Part shown: positions 9,506-19,950 of the stretch, in pieces
Layout of the letters: each line of letters opens with the position of its first letter
Position numbering within the stretch: position 1 is the stretch's first letter
From: Negativicutes bacterium
GTDB taxonomy: Bacteria > Bacillota > JAAYKD01
Length of the DNA stretch: 64,000 nucleotides
Reading direction: 5' to 3'
NCBI GenBank assembly: GCA_021372785.1
Contig: JAJFTT010000009.1
Span: forward strand, 12,413 to 76,412
The notes under the pieces: model-generated
The model's database searches: none
Told to the model about the DNA's origin: nothing
The model's input: the letters and a program-made list of their open reading frames with translations, nothing else
Program-made: the position numbers and the translations under genes

Positions 9506-10414
9506 ATGATGAACGATCGTTTTTTATTGATCGTAACCGGTATGTCCGGAGCCGGCAAATCCTCTGCTTTGCATGCATTGGAGGATCTGGATTTCTTTTG
9601 TGTCGACAATTTACCACCGGCACTTTTACCGCAATTTACAAAATTACTCAATGAGGAGCCGCAGCACATCCGAAGGGCGGCGATTTGTGTCGACGTACGG
9701 GGCGGTGAGTATTTCAATGCGATCTTTTCCGCTTTAGAGCAGCTCGACAAGCAGGATGTACGTTATGAGATTCTTTTTTTGGATGCCAGTGATGAAGCTT
9801 TAATCCGCCGATTTAAAGAATCGCGCCGTCCGCATCCTCTGCTGCCCAATGGCCGTTTGTTGGAGGGGATCGAAAAAGAGCGCAGCAAAACCAGCTTTAT
9901 CAAAGGGCGAGCGAATCATATCCTGGATACTTCCGAGATCACACCGCATCAATTGGTAGAGACTGTGCAGAAATTATTCATGCATCCGGAGGAAAAATCA
10001 CAGTTACAGGTGCATATCGTCTCATTTGGCTTTAAATTCGGCCTGCCGCTGGATGCTGACTTGCTGTTTGATGTCCGTTTTATGCCCAATCCCTACTGGG
10101 TAGAAGATTTGCGAGAATTCACCGGACTGCATGCCAGTGTGATCGATTATGTGATGAAATGGCCGGTCAGCCGTATGTTTCTCAATAAATTGGTGGATTT
10201 GCTGGATTTCCTCTTACCAAATTAAAAATTTGAGGGGAAGAATCAATTGGTAATTGCCATCGGCTGCACAGGGGGACGTCACCGTTCGGTTACTGTTGCA
10301 GAGAAACTGGCTGAGGAGCTGCGTTTGCGTGGCTATACGGTCGATGTCAGTCATCGTGATGTCAAAAAAAGGCATAACGATACGGAAGAATCGGAGGATA
10401 AAAGCAGTCCATGA
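9506..10414 (+). pseudogene. rapZ: RNase adapter protein RapZ (YvcJ) interrupted by an in-frame TAA at 10223-10225. The reading frame continues unbroken to the canonical C-terminus.
   Basis: N-terminal part reads MMNDRFLLIVTGMSGAGKS (Walker A) ...LLDFLLPN*. The same frame after TAA gives [37 protein letters not shown]..., the conserved RapZ C-terminal domain. The stop sits where RapZ homologues usually have Tyr (LLPNY). Confidence 0.7.
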
Positions 10415-11748
10415 AACGCTTCGGTCGGTGGTTTTCACCCGGAATGCGGGTGAAACGTTGGCTGGTGTTGATTCTGCTGGGTTTCTGCTTCATCGGCTTT
10501 GGTTTCTTCATCGTTTACGGTTTAGACTTTCAGCGCTTTGCTGACGAGATTCAAGTGATCTTATATCGCATTACCGGGACTCGCTTCGGGCCTTCTTTGG
10601 GTGGTTTGCTGCTGATCGCAGGGCTTGGGCTGATCATCTATGCTGTCCGTCGCTTGACGAAGAGTGTAACTGCAATTATGCTGCCCGATTCCGCTCAGCA
10701 TCTGGCTGATTTGTTTTATCAGAAACGTCAATTGAAACGCGGGCCAAAACTGGTCGTCATCGGCGGTGGCTCCGGTTTGTCTGTCCTGATCCGCGGTTTA
10801 AAGCAGTATACTAGTAATTTGACCGCCATTGTTACCATGGCCGATGACGGCGGCTCTTCCGGTCGGCTGCGTGAGGAATTGGGCACGCTGCCGCCGGGCG
10901 ATATCCGCAACTGTATTTTGGCGATGGCGAATGCGGAGCCATCGCTGCAGCGCTTATTCGAATATCGTTTTAGCGAAGGCAGTCTGGCCGGGCATAATTT
11001 CGGCAATTTGTTTTTGGCTGCCATGACTGCGGTCAACGACGGAAATTTTGAAAAAGCAGTGCAGGAGACTTCTAAAGTCTTGGCGGTAGGAGGTCAGGTT
11101 TACCCTTCAACTCTGGAGGATGTGACCTTGGTGGCGGAAACACAGGATGGGCAGCTGATCCGCGGAGAATCAGCGATTGGTCATGCTCATGCCAAGATTC
11201 GTACCGTCAGATTAGAACCTGCTCATCCCAAATCGCTGCCGGAAGTCATAAAAGCAATCCATGAGGCGGATGCCGTCATTTTAGGACCGGGCAGCCTTTA
11301 TACCAGTATCATTCCCAATCTGCTGGTTCTGGGGATTTCCGAAGCGATTACCGCCAGCGCGGCTTTGACGATCTATGTCTGCAATGTGATGGCACAGCCG
11401 GGAGAGACCGATTATCATAGGGCTTCCGATTATGTGAAAACAATCATGCAGTTTTTAGATCGGAATGTGCTGGATTATGCCATCGTCAATACCGGTACAG
11501 TCATCGAAAAATGGGTGCAGTCTTATTCCAAAGAAGGCGGCGCGCCGGTGGAAGCGGATCTTGGCACGATCAGTAAGCTCGGAGTAAAAGTGATACAAAA
11601 TGATTATTTGAAGTATCAGAATTATGTACGCCATGATGAGGTCAAATTGGCTGAAGATATTATCGAATTGGTAATCTCTGAACGCTACAGTTTGGAACAG
11701 AGACGCGATTTGGCCGAACGGCTGCAAAAAGAATCCGTGTCAGGCTAG
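10411..11748 (+). CDS. yvcK: Gluconeogenesis factor YvcK (UPF0052 / CofD-like), with an N-terminal transmembrane extension.
   Basis: [18 protein letters not shown] and [15 protein letters not shown] motifs. Start overlaps the rapZ stop (ATGA). Conserved rapZ-yvcK synteny. Confidence 0.8.
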   Translation: MKRFGRWFSPGMRVKRWLVLILLGFCFIGFGFFIVYGLDFQRFADEIQVILYRITGTRFGPSLGGLLLIAGLGLIIYAVRRLTKSVTAIMLPDSAQHLADLFYQKRQLKRGPKLVVIGGGSGLSVLIRGLKQYTSNLTAIVTMADDGGSSGRLREELGTLPPGDIRNCILAMANAEPSLQRLFEYRFSEGSLAGHNFGNLFLAAMTAVNDGNFEKAVQETSKVLAVGGQVYPSTLEDVTLVAETQDGQLIRGESAIGHAHAKIRTVRLEPAHPKSLPEVIKAIHEADAVILGPGSLYTSIIPNLLVLGISEAITASAALTIYVCNVMAQPGETDYHRASDYVKTIMQFLDRNVLDYAIVNTGTVIEKWVQSYSKEGGAPVEADLGTISKLGVKVIQNDYLKYQNYVRHDEVKLAEDIIELVISERYSLEQRRDLAERLQKESVSG

Positions 11749-11811
11749 CTTTGTTTTTCTCTTGAACGGCGCCTGCAACGGAGATTTTTCATAAAGAAAG
11801 GTGATGGTAAA

Positions 11812-12618
11812 ATGCCGGTCCCTGACAGTCCTTATTTGTTTCAATCGGCTTATTTTTCAATTCGCTGGTATGGCGTATTAATCGCTTTGGGTATGGCCCT
11901 CGCGTTGATCGTTGGCTTACGCCAAGCCAGACGTTCCGGATTGAATGAGGAATATCTGTTGGATGCTGTTTTGTTGGCGATTCCCAGCGGTGTTCTGGGG
12001 GCGCGTATTTACTATGTCCTCTTTCATTGGGATTATTACGGCAGTCATGTTAATGAGATCATCCGTATCTGGGAGGGAGGACTGGCGATTCATGGCGGTA
12101 TTATCGCGGGAATCGCAGCCGCTTATTTTTACTTTCGCCACAGAAAAACGAATATCTGGCCTTATCTGGATCTGGCAATGCCTTGTATGGCACTGGCGCA
12201 AGCCATCGGGCGCTGGGGCAACTGGTTCAATCAGGAAGCCTATGGCAGTATTACAACACTGCCCTGGGGAATGTTGATTGCAGGGGAATACCGTCATCCA
12301 ACCTTCCTCTATGAATCGATTTGGGATATTTTGCTCTTTGCTTTCCTATATGCCATGCTGCGGGAACAAAAACAAGAGCACGGGGTCGTAACAGCCGGGT
12401 ATTTGATCCTGTACTCGGTCGGACGCTTTTTTATTGAGCAGCTGCGCACGGACAGCGAATGGATGGGTCCTTTTAAAGCGGCGCAGGTCTTCAGCGTTGT
12501 CATGATCATTTTGGGTATTATGATTTTATTCCGGGTTAAAAAGCGAAAACCGCCGGCTTTGGAGGTAAAGGAGCGGCAGGATTCCGTATCATCAAAGCGA
12601 AATGATAAAGCAGAATAA
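11812..12618 (+). CDS. lgt: Prolipoprotein diacylglyceryl transferase.
   Basis: Lgt signature GRWGNWFNQEAYG; seven-transmembrane pattern; 268 aa. Confidence 0.85.
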   Translation: MPVPDSPYLFQSAYFSIRWYGVLIALGMALALIVGLRQARRSGLNEEYLLDAVLLAIPSGVLGARIYYVLFHWDYYGSHVNEIIRIWEGGLAIHGGIIAGIAAAYFYFRHRKTNIWPYLDLAMPCMALAQAIGRWGNWFNQEAYGSITTLPWGMLIAGEYRHPTFLYESIWDILLFAFLYAMLREQKQEHGVVTAGYLILYSVGRFFIEQLRTDSEWMGPFKAAQVFSVVMIILGIMILFRVKKRKPPALEVKERQDSVSSKRNDKAE

Positions 12619-12640
12619 TTGGAAAAGGAGTTGCTTTTAT

Positions 12641-13731
12641 TGATTAATCGGCTGGAAAAATTACGTTTCTTGCTGCAGCAATCCGGTTTTGACGCCGCTC
12701 TCATCGTTCCCGGTTCCAATTTTTTCTATCTGACCGGTTTGACCATGAATCTGAGCGAACGCGTCACCATGGCGGTTTTTCCTGTGCAGGGAGAGCCTTT
12801 TGTGGTTTGTCCTCAGTTGGAAGCGGAGAAAATCCGCCGCATTACCGGCATTGTGCAGATATTTACCTGGACAGATGAAGAGGGACCGCAAAAAGCATGC
12901 GAAGCAGCCTTTCACGCCAGTCATTTAGCCGGGAAAGTGATTGCCTGTGAATATCGCAGCACACGTTTGCTGGAATGGGATTTAATTCTGACCGCCATGA
13001 ATCATCAGGTCAGCATCAGGGCTTTGGATCCGATTTTGAATCAAATGCGCAGTGTGAAAGAAGAAGAAGAGATCTCATTGATCTGCAAGGCGGTTATTTG
13101 TGTGGAAGAAGCGCTGAAAGCGGCGCAGGCAACCATGAGACCCGGTGTGACAGAGTTGGAAGTAGCCGCTCTTTTGGAAAAAACGATCCGGGCTTTTGGC
13201 GGCAGCGGCGGCGGCAGTGTGATTTCCGGTGAACGCGGCTGTTTACCGCACGCGATTACCTCCGACAAAGCCTTAGCCGAAGGAGAAACTGTCATTCTCG
13301 ATATTGTAGCCAAATATCAAGGTTATACGGCGGATATTACCAGAACCTTTGCCATCGGTGAACTGTCGGCTGAACTGAAGAAAATCTACCGGATTGTACA
13401 GGAAGCGCAGGAATTTGCCCGGCAGAACAGCAAACCCGGCATGACCGGAGAAGAATTGGATGCTTTGGCGCGTGATCAAATAACGGCTGCCGGGTATGGC
13501 GCTTACTTTATCCATCGCTCCGGTCATGGTCTTGGTCTCGATACGCACGAAGAACCTTATCTGGTCAAAGGCAATCAGATTCCCTTTGCCATTGGCAATG
13601 TTTTCACGATCGAACCCGGAATTTATCTGCCTGGTTTGGGTGGAGTTCGGATCGAGGATGATGCTGTCATGACAGCCGGCGGAGCGCGGATCCTTACCGG
13701 TTTTTCCAGAGATTTAATCACCCTTGGCTAA
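12641..13731 (+). CDS. M24-family Xaa-Pro aminopeptidase/dipeptidase (PepP/PepQ-like).
   Basis: M24 metal-binding blocks (DIVAKYQGYTADITRT, HRSGHGLGLDTHE, IEPGIY, RIED). Start is uncertain: the ORF-track TTG at 12619 abuts the lgt stop, and a TTG at 12641 has a better-spaced AAGGAG. Confidence 0.7.
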
Positions 13732-13906
13732 CAGCATATTGCGTTAAGATGGACCTCTACTGACATTGAATAAATTGATTCATAGCAGTATGGATATCAA
13801 AAAGTCCGGACAGTTGTTATGACCATCTTCAGTAATACTGAGGAAATAGTCACAGGCGGCTGTCCGGATTTTGCTGCAATCGTTCGAATGACTGGATTCG
13901 CTTTCG

Positions 13907-15112
13907 CTATTTCATTTTGCCGGTCACGATGGCGTAGGTATCTCTGGCGATGGCGAGTTCTTCATTGGTGGGAATGACAAAAACACGAATTTTGGAATTT
14001 GCCGTAGATATTTCTTTTTCTTTGATCTTACGATTGTTGTTGAGGTTTTCGTCAATCTCGACGCCCAACCATCCCAGATGGCTGCAGATTTTACTGCGCA
14101 TAACGGCATCATTTTCACCGATCCCCGCCGTAAAGACGAGCGCATCGACACCATTGAGAACGGCAACAAAAGAGCCGATCGTTTTGCGGATCTGATATTC
14201 AAACATATCCAAACCCAGTAAGGCGCGCTCATTGCCGGCATCGGCAGCGGTTTCCACATCGCGCATATCGCTGGAAATACCGGTGATGCCAAGCATACCG
14301 GAATCTTTATTGACCATTTTGCTGAATTCATCGAAGCTCATATTTTCTTTTTGCATGACATAGCCAACAATGGCGGGATCGAAATCACCGGAGCGGGTTC
14401 CCATCATAACGCCTTCCAGGGGAGTGAAACCCATCGAAGTGTCGACGGATTTACCGCCGTCGACGGCAGTCAGGGAGCAGCCATTGCCTAAGTGGGCTGT
14501 GATGATTTTTAATGTTTCGATTGGTTTGCCCATGATCACAGCACAGCGCTGGGAAACGAATTTATGAGAAGTGCCGTGGAAGCCATAACGGCGGATTTTA
14601 TACTTTTCATAGAGGCTGTAAGGCAAAGCGTAAAGATAACTGAACTTCGGCATGGTGGAATGAAAAGCGGTATCAAAGACACCGATATTCGGCACACCGG
14701 GCATGGCTGCTTCCACTGCTTCAATACCCATCAGATTCGGCGGATTATGCAGCGGCGCCAGTTCGATATTGCGGGTCAGGGAGGCTTTGACTGCTTCGGT
14801 GATCAGCACGGATCCGGAGAAATCTTCGCCGCCGTGCACAACACGGTGCCCCACCGCTCCAATTTCATCAAAGGATTTGATTACGCCGTATTTCTCATCG
14901 GTGAGCATATTTAAAACGTTCTGAATAGCTACTGTGTGATCGGGCATTGCTGTCTCTACTGTAATTTCGTCTCCGCTGCCTTTATGCACCAGGAAAGACC
15001 CGTCAATACCGATCCGTTCTACGCGGCCTTTGGCAAGAACGCTTTCATCGGTCGCATCAAATAATTGATATTTTAAAGAGGAGCTGCCGCAATTGAGAAC
15101 TAACACTTTCAT
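13907..15112 (-). CDS. ackA: Acetate kinase.
   Basis: MKVLVLNCGSSSLKYQLFD N-terminus and full-length AckA architecture (401 aa). Confidence 0.9.
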   Translation of the reverse strand: MKVLVLNCGSSSLKYQLFDATDESVLAKGRVERIGIDGSFLVHKGSGDEITVETAMPDHTVAIQNVLNMLTDEKYGVIKSFDEIGAVGHRVVHGGEDFSGSVLITEAVKASLTRNIELAPLHNPPNLMGIEAVEAAMPGVPNIGVFDTAFHSTMPKFSYLYALPYSLYEKYKIRRYGFHGTSHKFVSQRCAVIMGKPIETLKIITAHLGNGCSLTAVDGGKSVDTSMGFTPLEGVMMGTRSGDFDPAIVGYVMQKENMSFDEFSKMVNKDSGMLGITGISSDMRDVETAADAGNERALLGLDMFEYQIRKTIGSFVAVLNGVDALVFTAGIGENDAVMRSKICSHLGWLGVEIDENLNNNRKIKEKEISTANSKIRVFVIPTNEELAIARDTYAIVTGKMK

Positions 15113-15348
15113 CGAGAATGACCTCCTGTATTTCTTAGGATACTCCTATCATTATACCTTTATAAATGCAAATGGTAAAGAGGGTAATCCGGAAAAGATA
15201 TCGGGAGAAAAGAAGGAAAATGCTGTATAGAAATCAAATTGATACCGGGAAAAGGTTTACAGCCGTATGAAAAACAGCAAAACTCTGACAGGTCCGCTGC
15301 AAGAATTCGGATCTCTGCCAACGGCAAACCAAATGAGGAGGATAAAGT

Positions 15349-15699
15349 ATGATCGATTGGAGTACGATTCCCTGGAATGCATTTATTTGGCTGGTTTTCA
15401 GCGGGTTCTTGATTTTTGGTATCAATCAATTTGCCGATAAGCTGACTGGTACAGATCCGGCAGGTTATCAGCGCCGAAAAAAGCAAATCACCATTTATGC
15501 TTATGTGATCAGCGGTTTGAGCATTTTGCAGCTGATAGCCAGAGTCGAATTGAATCCCTGCTTCAGTTATAGTATTACAGCGGCCTTATTCTTTTGGATG
15601 GCAAAGACCGAGCCGGAAAAAGCAAAAAAAAAGACAGCCCGTGGCATGGCGATTGTGATAGCCGTCCTGGCCTTTTTGGCTTTCCTGGGTGGATTTTAG
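15349..15699 (+). CDS. Small predicted membrane protein (116 aa), unknown function.
   Basis: Strong ribosome-binding site (GAGGAGGATAAAGTATG). Three or four hydrophobic helices. No recognisable motif. Confidence 0.45.
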   Translation: MIDWSTIPWNAFIWLVFSGFLIFGINQFADKLTGTDPAGYQRRKKQITIYAYVISGLSILQLIARVELNPCFSYSITAALFFWMAKTEPEKAKKKTARGMAIVIAVLAFLAFLGGF

Positions 15700-15889
15700 C
15701 CCGAAGCGCAGATTTTACTGTGCTTTCGATGATCAGCTGCAGCCTTTTGCGACTGCGGCTTTTTTGCGGGGTTCTGCCGACAAAAGAGAACATACGGGTG
15801 ATACCCGGACAGAAGCAAGCGGCTGACGTCTCGAATTGGGCGCAGGCGAGCAATGAGATTTATCAAACGGGAAAAGACGCAATAGGAGC

Positions 15890-16292
15890 GTGATCAAACT
15901 GCCGGGCCTGGGAATTGGAGTCTATCTGAATGGCTCCCGGGCGCAGATGGAGTCGTCTGTTGCGCAGACGGCTAAAATTGGTATGCGCTGGATTTTTACT
16001 TCAATGCATCTGCCCGAACAGACCGTCCGCCGTCCATTGGCGGCAGCAATTCCGTTATCTAGCCGGATTAACCCGGCAGTATGACTTGCAATTGATTGCC
16101 GATAGCGGACCGGTCAGCCTTACGGAACTGCAGTGCCAGAACCTCGCGGCGCTTAAAGCTTGGCGGCTGGATTTTACCCGCATCGATGCTGCCAGCCGAT
16201 CCGCGACAGAACAGGATCGGTCAAGTCGCCGAAAAAAGCCTTGCCTTACTGCCATATATCCGATATGGAATGGGTTTTCAGTTGATCCCTGA
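15890..16292 (+). pseudogene. Decayed remnant of a MupG-like (DUF871) gene, split over at least two frames and truncated.
   Basis: MIKLPGLGIGVYLNGS...AKIGMRWIFTSMHLPE resembles the DUF871/MupG N-terminus (LGISIYP...GF.RIFTSLH.PE). The frame then breaks. Downstream fragments continue in another frame. Total length is far below the roughly 350 aa of intact homologues. Confidence 0.4.
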
Positions 16293-16341
16293 AGAGACAG
16301 GGAAATATTGAGCGCCACGCCGCGGCGCTTTCGAGGCAGGT

Positions 16342-16379
16342 AAAAAGGCAGATACCGCAGGATCAGTATCTGCCTTTTT
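16342..16379. terminator. Bidirectional intrinsic terminator.
   Basis: aaaaa-ggcagatac-cgcaggatca-gtatctgcc-ttttt: a 9-bp perfect stem with A-run and T-run flanks, between a + strand remnant and the - strand GNAT gene. Confidence 0.55.
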
Positions 16380-16464
16380 CGCAGCGAATGCAGCCATGAA
16401 GATTCGATTTTACGGAAGATTGCGGGTCCGTTTACCACAAACAGGAAAGCAGGGAATGAGAAAA

Positions 16465-17382
16465 TTAATCACGTAAGATCGAAAAGTAATACAAGGAAGC
16501 TTTGTCTTTTATCTCGAATTGATGAGAGGTGTACAAGCGGATTGCCGCTGCATTGGTTTGACTAACAGCCAATTCCACCGCCGGAGCTTGCATCGTATCG
16601 AATTTATGCAGAACATGACGCAATAAGCTGCCGCCCAAACCAAGCCCGGCAAATTGCGGCAGAACGCCGAAAGCCGCAATAAAACCGTCCCCTTCTTCTC
16701 CCCAGGTGCACAGAGCCAGTCCTGCCGGTTGATCCTGATAGCGTAACAAAGTGGAAATACCCGGATCAAAAATGCCAAAGCGACCGCTGTAGGTTTCCGA
16801 CAAAAATTGTCGGCAGCCGGCAACATTGCGGATGGAGGAATCCCAGAGGCTTTCCTCACTGCCGCTGAAGATCTGCGCCAGCAATTGAGCTGCCGGCTGA
16901 TGATATTCCGGCTGCCAAGCTAGCATGGATCTGTCCGGATGGGCTTCAACCGGAAAACGGAAAGGGGCATCTGCCCGCATCAAAAGCCGGGGACTCAGGA
17001 GAAAATGATTGGCAAGCAATGCTTCCGGCAAAGCATCCGCAAACCAGGGAATAAAATCACAGCGTATGGTGTCGATTTCCGGATCCTCTCTGCTCAGGCG
17101 GATGAGTGCCGCAATCAAGTGGTTCAGCATTGCTTTGTGTGTCCGATCGGTTCCGGCGAAGGCAAAGTCGAGAAAACAAACCGAACCCTTTAAATGATAG
17201 ATGAGAAAGGCGTAGATTTTACTGCTGTCTGAGACAACCAAGCCTTGGTAACTCTGAATCAGATCCCTTAAATTACGGAGCGTGGCCGTTTTATTGTAGA
17301 CGGTATGTTCCAGGCTGGCAGCGATTTCCCCGAGCAACGGTTCCAAGCGAAGATCGGTGGGGATTAAACGAGCGATTTGCAT
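16465..17382 (-). CDS. GNAT-family N-acetyltransferase (two-domain).
   Basis: C-terminal acetyl-CoA-binding block (AVELAVSQTNAAAIRLYTSHQFE and LGLGGSLLRHVL). 305 aa. Confidence 0.6.
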   Translation of the reverse strand: MQIARLIPTDLRLEPLLGEIAASLEHTVYNKTATLRNLRDLIQSYQGLVVSDSSKIYAFLIYHLKGSVCFLDFAFAGTDRTHKAMLNHLIAALIRLSREDPEIDTIRCDFIPWFADALPEALLANHFLLSPRLLMRADAPFRFPVEAHPDRSMLAWQPEYHQPAAQLLAQIFSGSEESLWDSSIRNVAGCRQFLSETYSGRFGIFDPGISTLLRYQDQPAGLALCTWGEEGDGFIAAFGVLPQFAGLGLGGSLLRHVLHKFDTMQAPAVELAVSQTNAAAIRLYTSHQFEIKDKASLYYFSILRD

Positions 17383-17495
17383 ATGATATCAACCTTTATC
17401 CTTTATTTAAAATAGTATGATTCTCTTATTCAATTCTAGCCGGGTTGGCTTCTTCCTTCCCGGATCAGAAAATTCGAACAAAGGAGCGATTGGCT

Positions 17496-18218
17496 GTGCG
17501 GGAAGATGTCACCTATTCTATTGAGGAACGAATGGAGATTCGCCGGGATGCCGAAGCGATTCTGCAGGTTAGCGGGGTGCAGGAAGGCAGTGTTACCCGA
17601 ATTGAGGCAGCTTCCATGTATAACTTGATCAGTGTTTTCTTAAAAGCCGGAGTACCGCTGGCGGCAACCGGGTATGATCTGGAGGATTTTTTTCCGTTGC
17701 ACGTCAGCCGTTCCGAACAGAATTTGCTGCGTTTTATTGATGAAGAAAAGACGACCCGAGTCCTGGAACCGGCTGGAGGGTTGGTGCTGCGGTTTCCCTT
17801 GACGGTCGGTCAGGCACCAGTCATCTATTTAGCTTGCAAACAGCGTCCGGTTCAGCCGGATCTGAAACTCAGCAGTTTTCTGTTGCCCGAGTGGACTCAG
17901 CCGGTGCAGTATCATCTTGCGTTTCTGCACGAGAATGGCATTGCTTTCCGACAGACGCAGGTCGAAGAGATTTTACGCCGTCAAATGCTGGGTGAAACCG
18001 CGCCGCCGGCAATTTACAGCTACTTGAGCTCTGGCATCGGCATGGTTTTCCATGTGGCGCCAAAAACATTTCAATATCGCTATCCTGAATTTAGCCTGGA
18101 AAGAATTGCTCATTGGTCGTTGGCTGATCTTCAGGCAGAGATGACAGAATTGATGCAGCGGCTGATTCTGAAAAAGTCCGCACTGCCGGAAGAAGAAAGG
18201 AGAGATCGTTACGAATAA
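17496..18218 (+). CDS. Hypothetical protein, probably co-transcribed with the downstream AAA+ ATPase.
   Basis: GTG start with AAGGAG 9 nt upstream. The ORF-track start at 17445 lacks a ribosome-binding site. No recognisable domain. Confidence 0.4.
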   Translation: MREDVTYSIEERMEIRRDAEAILQVSGVQEGSVTRIEAASMYNLISVFLKAGVPLAATGYDLEDFFPLHVSRSEQNLLRFIDEEKTTRVLEPAGGLVLRFPLTVGQAPVIYLACKQRPVQPDLKLSSFLLPEWTQPVQYHLAFLHENGIAFRQTQVEEILRRQMLGETAPPAIYSYLSSGIGMVFHVAPKTFQYRYPEFSLERIAHWSLADLQAEMTELMQRLILKKSALPEEERRDRYE

Positions 18219-18243
18219 AATCAACAGAGAAGTTTTTTCTGTT

Positions 18244-19890
18244 TTGATCAAAGCCCGTTACCCTTTGTTGTATGTGCCTTCCTGGGAAGAAAAACGCATT
18301 GTCGATACCATTCAGGAAGTGGCAAGCAACGGACCGATCGCCAAGGTTGTTTATACCTGGACTGTCGCGACCGGGTTGTATCGCAGAGGGTTGGCGGCGG
18401 TACCGAATACGGTTGAACCTTTGGCGGCTTTGGAATTTGTGGAAAAATTCAACCGCCCGGCTATTTTTTGTTTTTTGGATTTTCATCCTTTTCTGGAATC
18501 ACGCAATGTGACAGTCAGAAAACTGAAAAATTTGGCCGGCGTGATCAAGCAGGATTTTAAAACGATTATCTTAATCAGTCCTACTCTGACCATCCCGGTG
18601 GAATTGCAAAAGGTGGTTACCGTTGTGGATTTCTTATTGCCCGGCGAAGAAGAAATCAACACCTTGTTGGATACCGTGGTGCAGGAACAGGGTGAGCATC
18701 AATATAAGGTGAATTTATCCGGGGCGGAACGGGAAAAATTGGTGAAAGCAGCGCAGGGATTGACCTTGGATGAGATTGAGAATGCTTTTTCCAAGGCGGT
18801 AGTCACCGATGGGGTGCTGGACGCAGCGGATATCGATTTAATTTTAGAGGAAAAGCGGCAGGTTATCCGCAAAACCGGTATTCTGGATTATTATCCGGTC
18901 ACAGAAGGAATGGAAGTGGTAGGCGGTTTGGGCGCATTGAAAGAATGGCTGCGTAAGCGCGGGCGTTCTTTCACCGATGAAGCCAAGGCTTTTGGTTTAC
19001 CGGCACCCAAAGGTGTTTTGGTCACCGGTATCCCAGGCTGCGGTAAGAGTCTGTGCGCCAAAGCGGCTTCCGCACTATGGCAATTGCCGCTGCTGCGCCT
19101 GGATATGGGTAAGATTTTTGCCGGAATCGTCGGATCATCCGAGGAAAATATGCGCAAGGCAATTCAAACAGCCGAAGCAATTGCTCCCTGCATTTTATGG
19201 ATTGATGAAATCGAAAAAGGTTTGGCCGGTACTGGTGGCAGCGGAGATTCCGGTGTCAGCGCCAGAGTTTTCGGCACGTTTCTGACTTGGATGCAGGAGA
19301 AGACAACAGCGGTTTTTGTTTTTGCTACGGCCAATGCCATTGAAAAGCTACCGCCGGAGTTATTGCGGAAAGGGCGCTTTGATGAAATCTTTTTTGTGGA
19401 TTTGCCGCAACCGCAGGAAAGGATGGATATTTTTCAAATTCACTTGAGCAAACGCAGAAAAAAAATAAGCGAATTTGATTTAAGGGCTTTATCTGACGCA
19501 TCGGAAGGTTACAGCGGGTCGGAAATAGAACAGGCAGTGATTACCGGTATGGTGGAAGCATTCGATGCCAACAGGCAGTTGGATCAGCAGGACTTGCTGG
19601 CTGGTATCAAAAAGACAGTACCGCTGTCGCGCACCATGAGCGAGTATATGCAGGCTTTACATCTTTGGGCAGAGGAACGGGCAGTGATGGCAGCGCTGCC
19701 GGAGCAGCCTTTACAGGAACTGGAAATGGCGGCAGAGATTTTTCCGCTGACCGAGGCAGAGGATAGCGCTGCCAGGCAGGGCTGTCTCGCAACAACCGCA
19801 GCCCCGGTTCTTGCGCTGACAGAAGAGCCAAAGGATGTTCGGGAATCATCCGAAGCGGAGGAGAAAAAGAAAGCAAAACCGGGGGACTAG
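18244..19890 (+). CDS. AAA+ ATPase with an N-terminal degenerate AAA-like domain and a C-terminal canonical AAA domain (Ycf46-like architecture).
   Basis: Walker A GIPGCGKS, Walker B ILWIDEIE, second region of homology TANAIEKLPPELLRKGRFD. The N-terminal ~230 aa look like an inactive AAA fold (IFCFLDFHPF..ILISPT). Start is TTG 26 nt after the upstream gene. Confidence 0.7.
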   Translation: MIKARYPLLYVPSWEEKRIVDTIQEVASNGPIAKVVYTWTVATGLYRRGLAAVPNTVEPLAALEFVEKFNRPAIFCFLDFHPFLESRNVTVRKLKNLAGVIKQDFKTIILISPTLTIPVELQKVVTVVDFLLPGEEEINTLLDTVVQEQGEHQYKVNLSGAEREKLVKAAQGLTLDEIENAFSKAVVTDGVLDAADIDLILEEKRQVIRKTGILDYYPVTEGMEVVGGLGALKEWLRKRGRSFTDEAKAFGLPAPKGVLVTGIPGCGKSLCAKAASALWQLPLLRLDMGKIFAGIVGSSEENMRKAIQTAEAIAPCILWIDEIEKGLAGTGGSGDSGVSARVFGTFLTWMQEKTTAVFVFATANAIEKLPPELLRKGRFDEIFFVDLPQPQERMDIFQIHLSKRRKKISEFDLRALSDASEGYSGSEIEQAVITGMVEAFDANRQLDQQDLLAGIKKTVPLSRTMSEYMQALHLWAEERAVMAALPEQPLQELEMAAEIFPLTEAEDSAARQGCLATTAAPVLALTEEPKDVRESSEAEEKKKAKPGD

Positions 19891-19950
19891 CTGACTTTTT
19901 TATCAATGCCGAGGCAGATATCAAATCAAAAGGAAAGGTTGGAATCAAAC

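Noticed and set aside
8055-9623. Long N-terminal extensions in ORF-track entries (gltS to 9623, lepB from 25840, the P-loop protein from 26925, thiolase from 35863, the AKR from 40143, kce from 30166, M20 from 19906, corA from 21428)
   Set aside because: Internal ATG/TTG codons with proper ribosome-binding sites match the conserved N-termini of the families. The extensions lack ribosome-binding sites or overlap upstream genes.
10254-10544. ORF-track ORF 10254..10544 (+) as a gene
   Set aside because: It is out of frame with the conserved RapZ C-terminal sequence, which is read in the frame continuing from 10226. It has no motif and overlaps the yvcK start.
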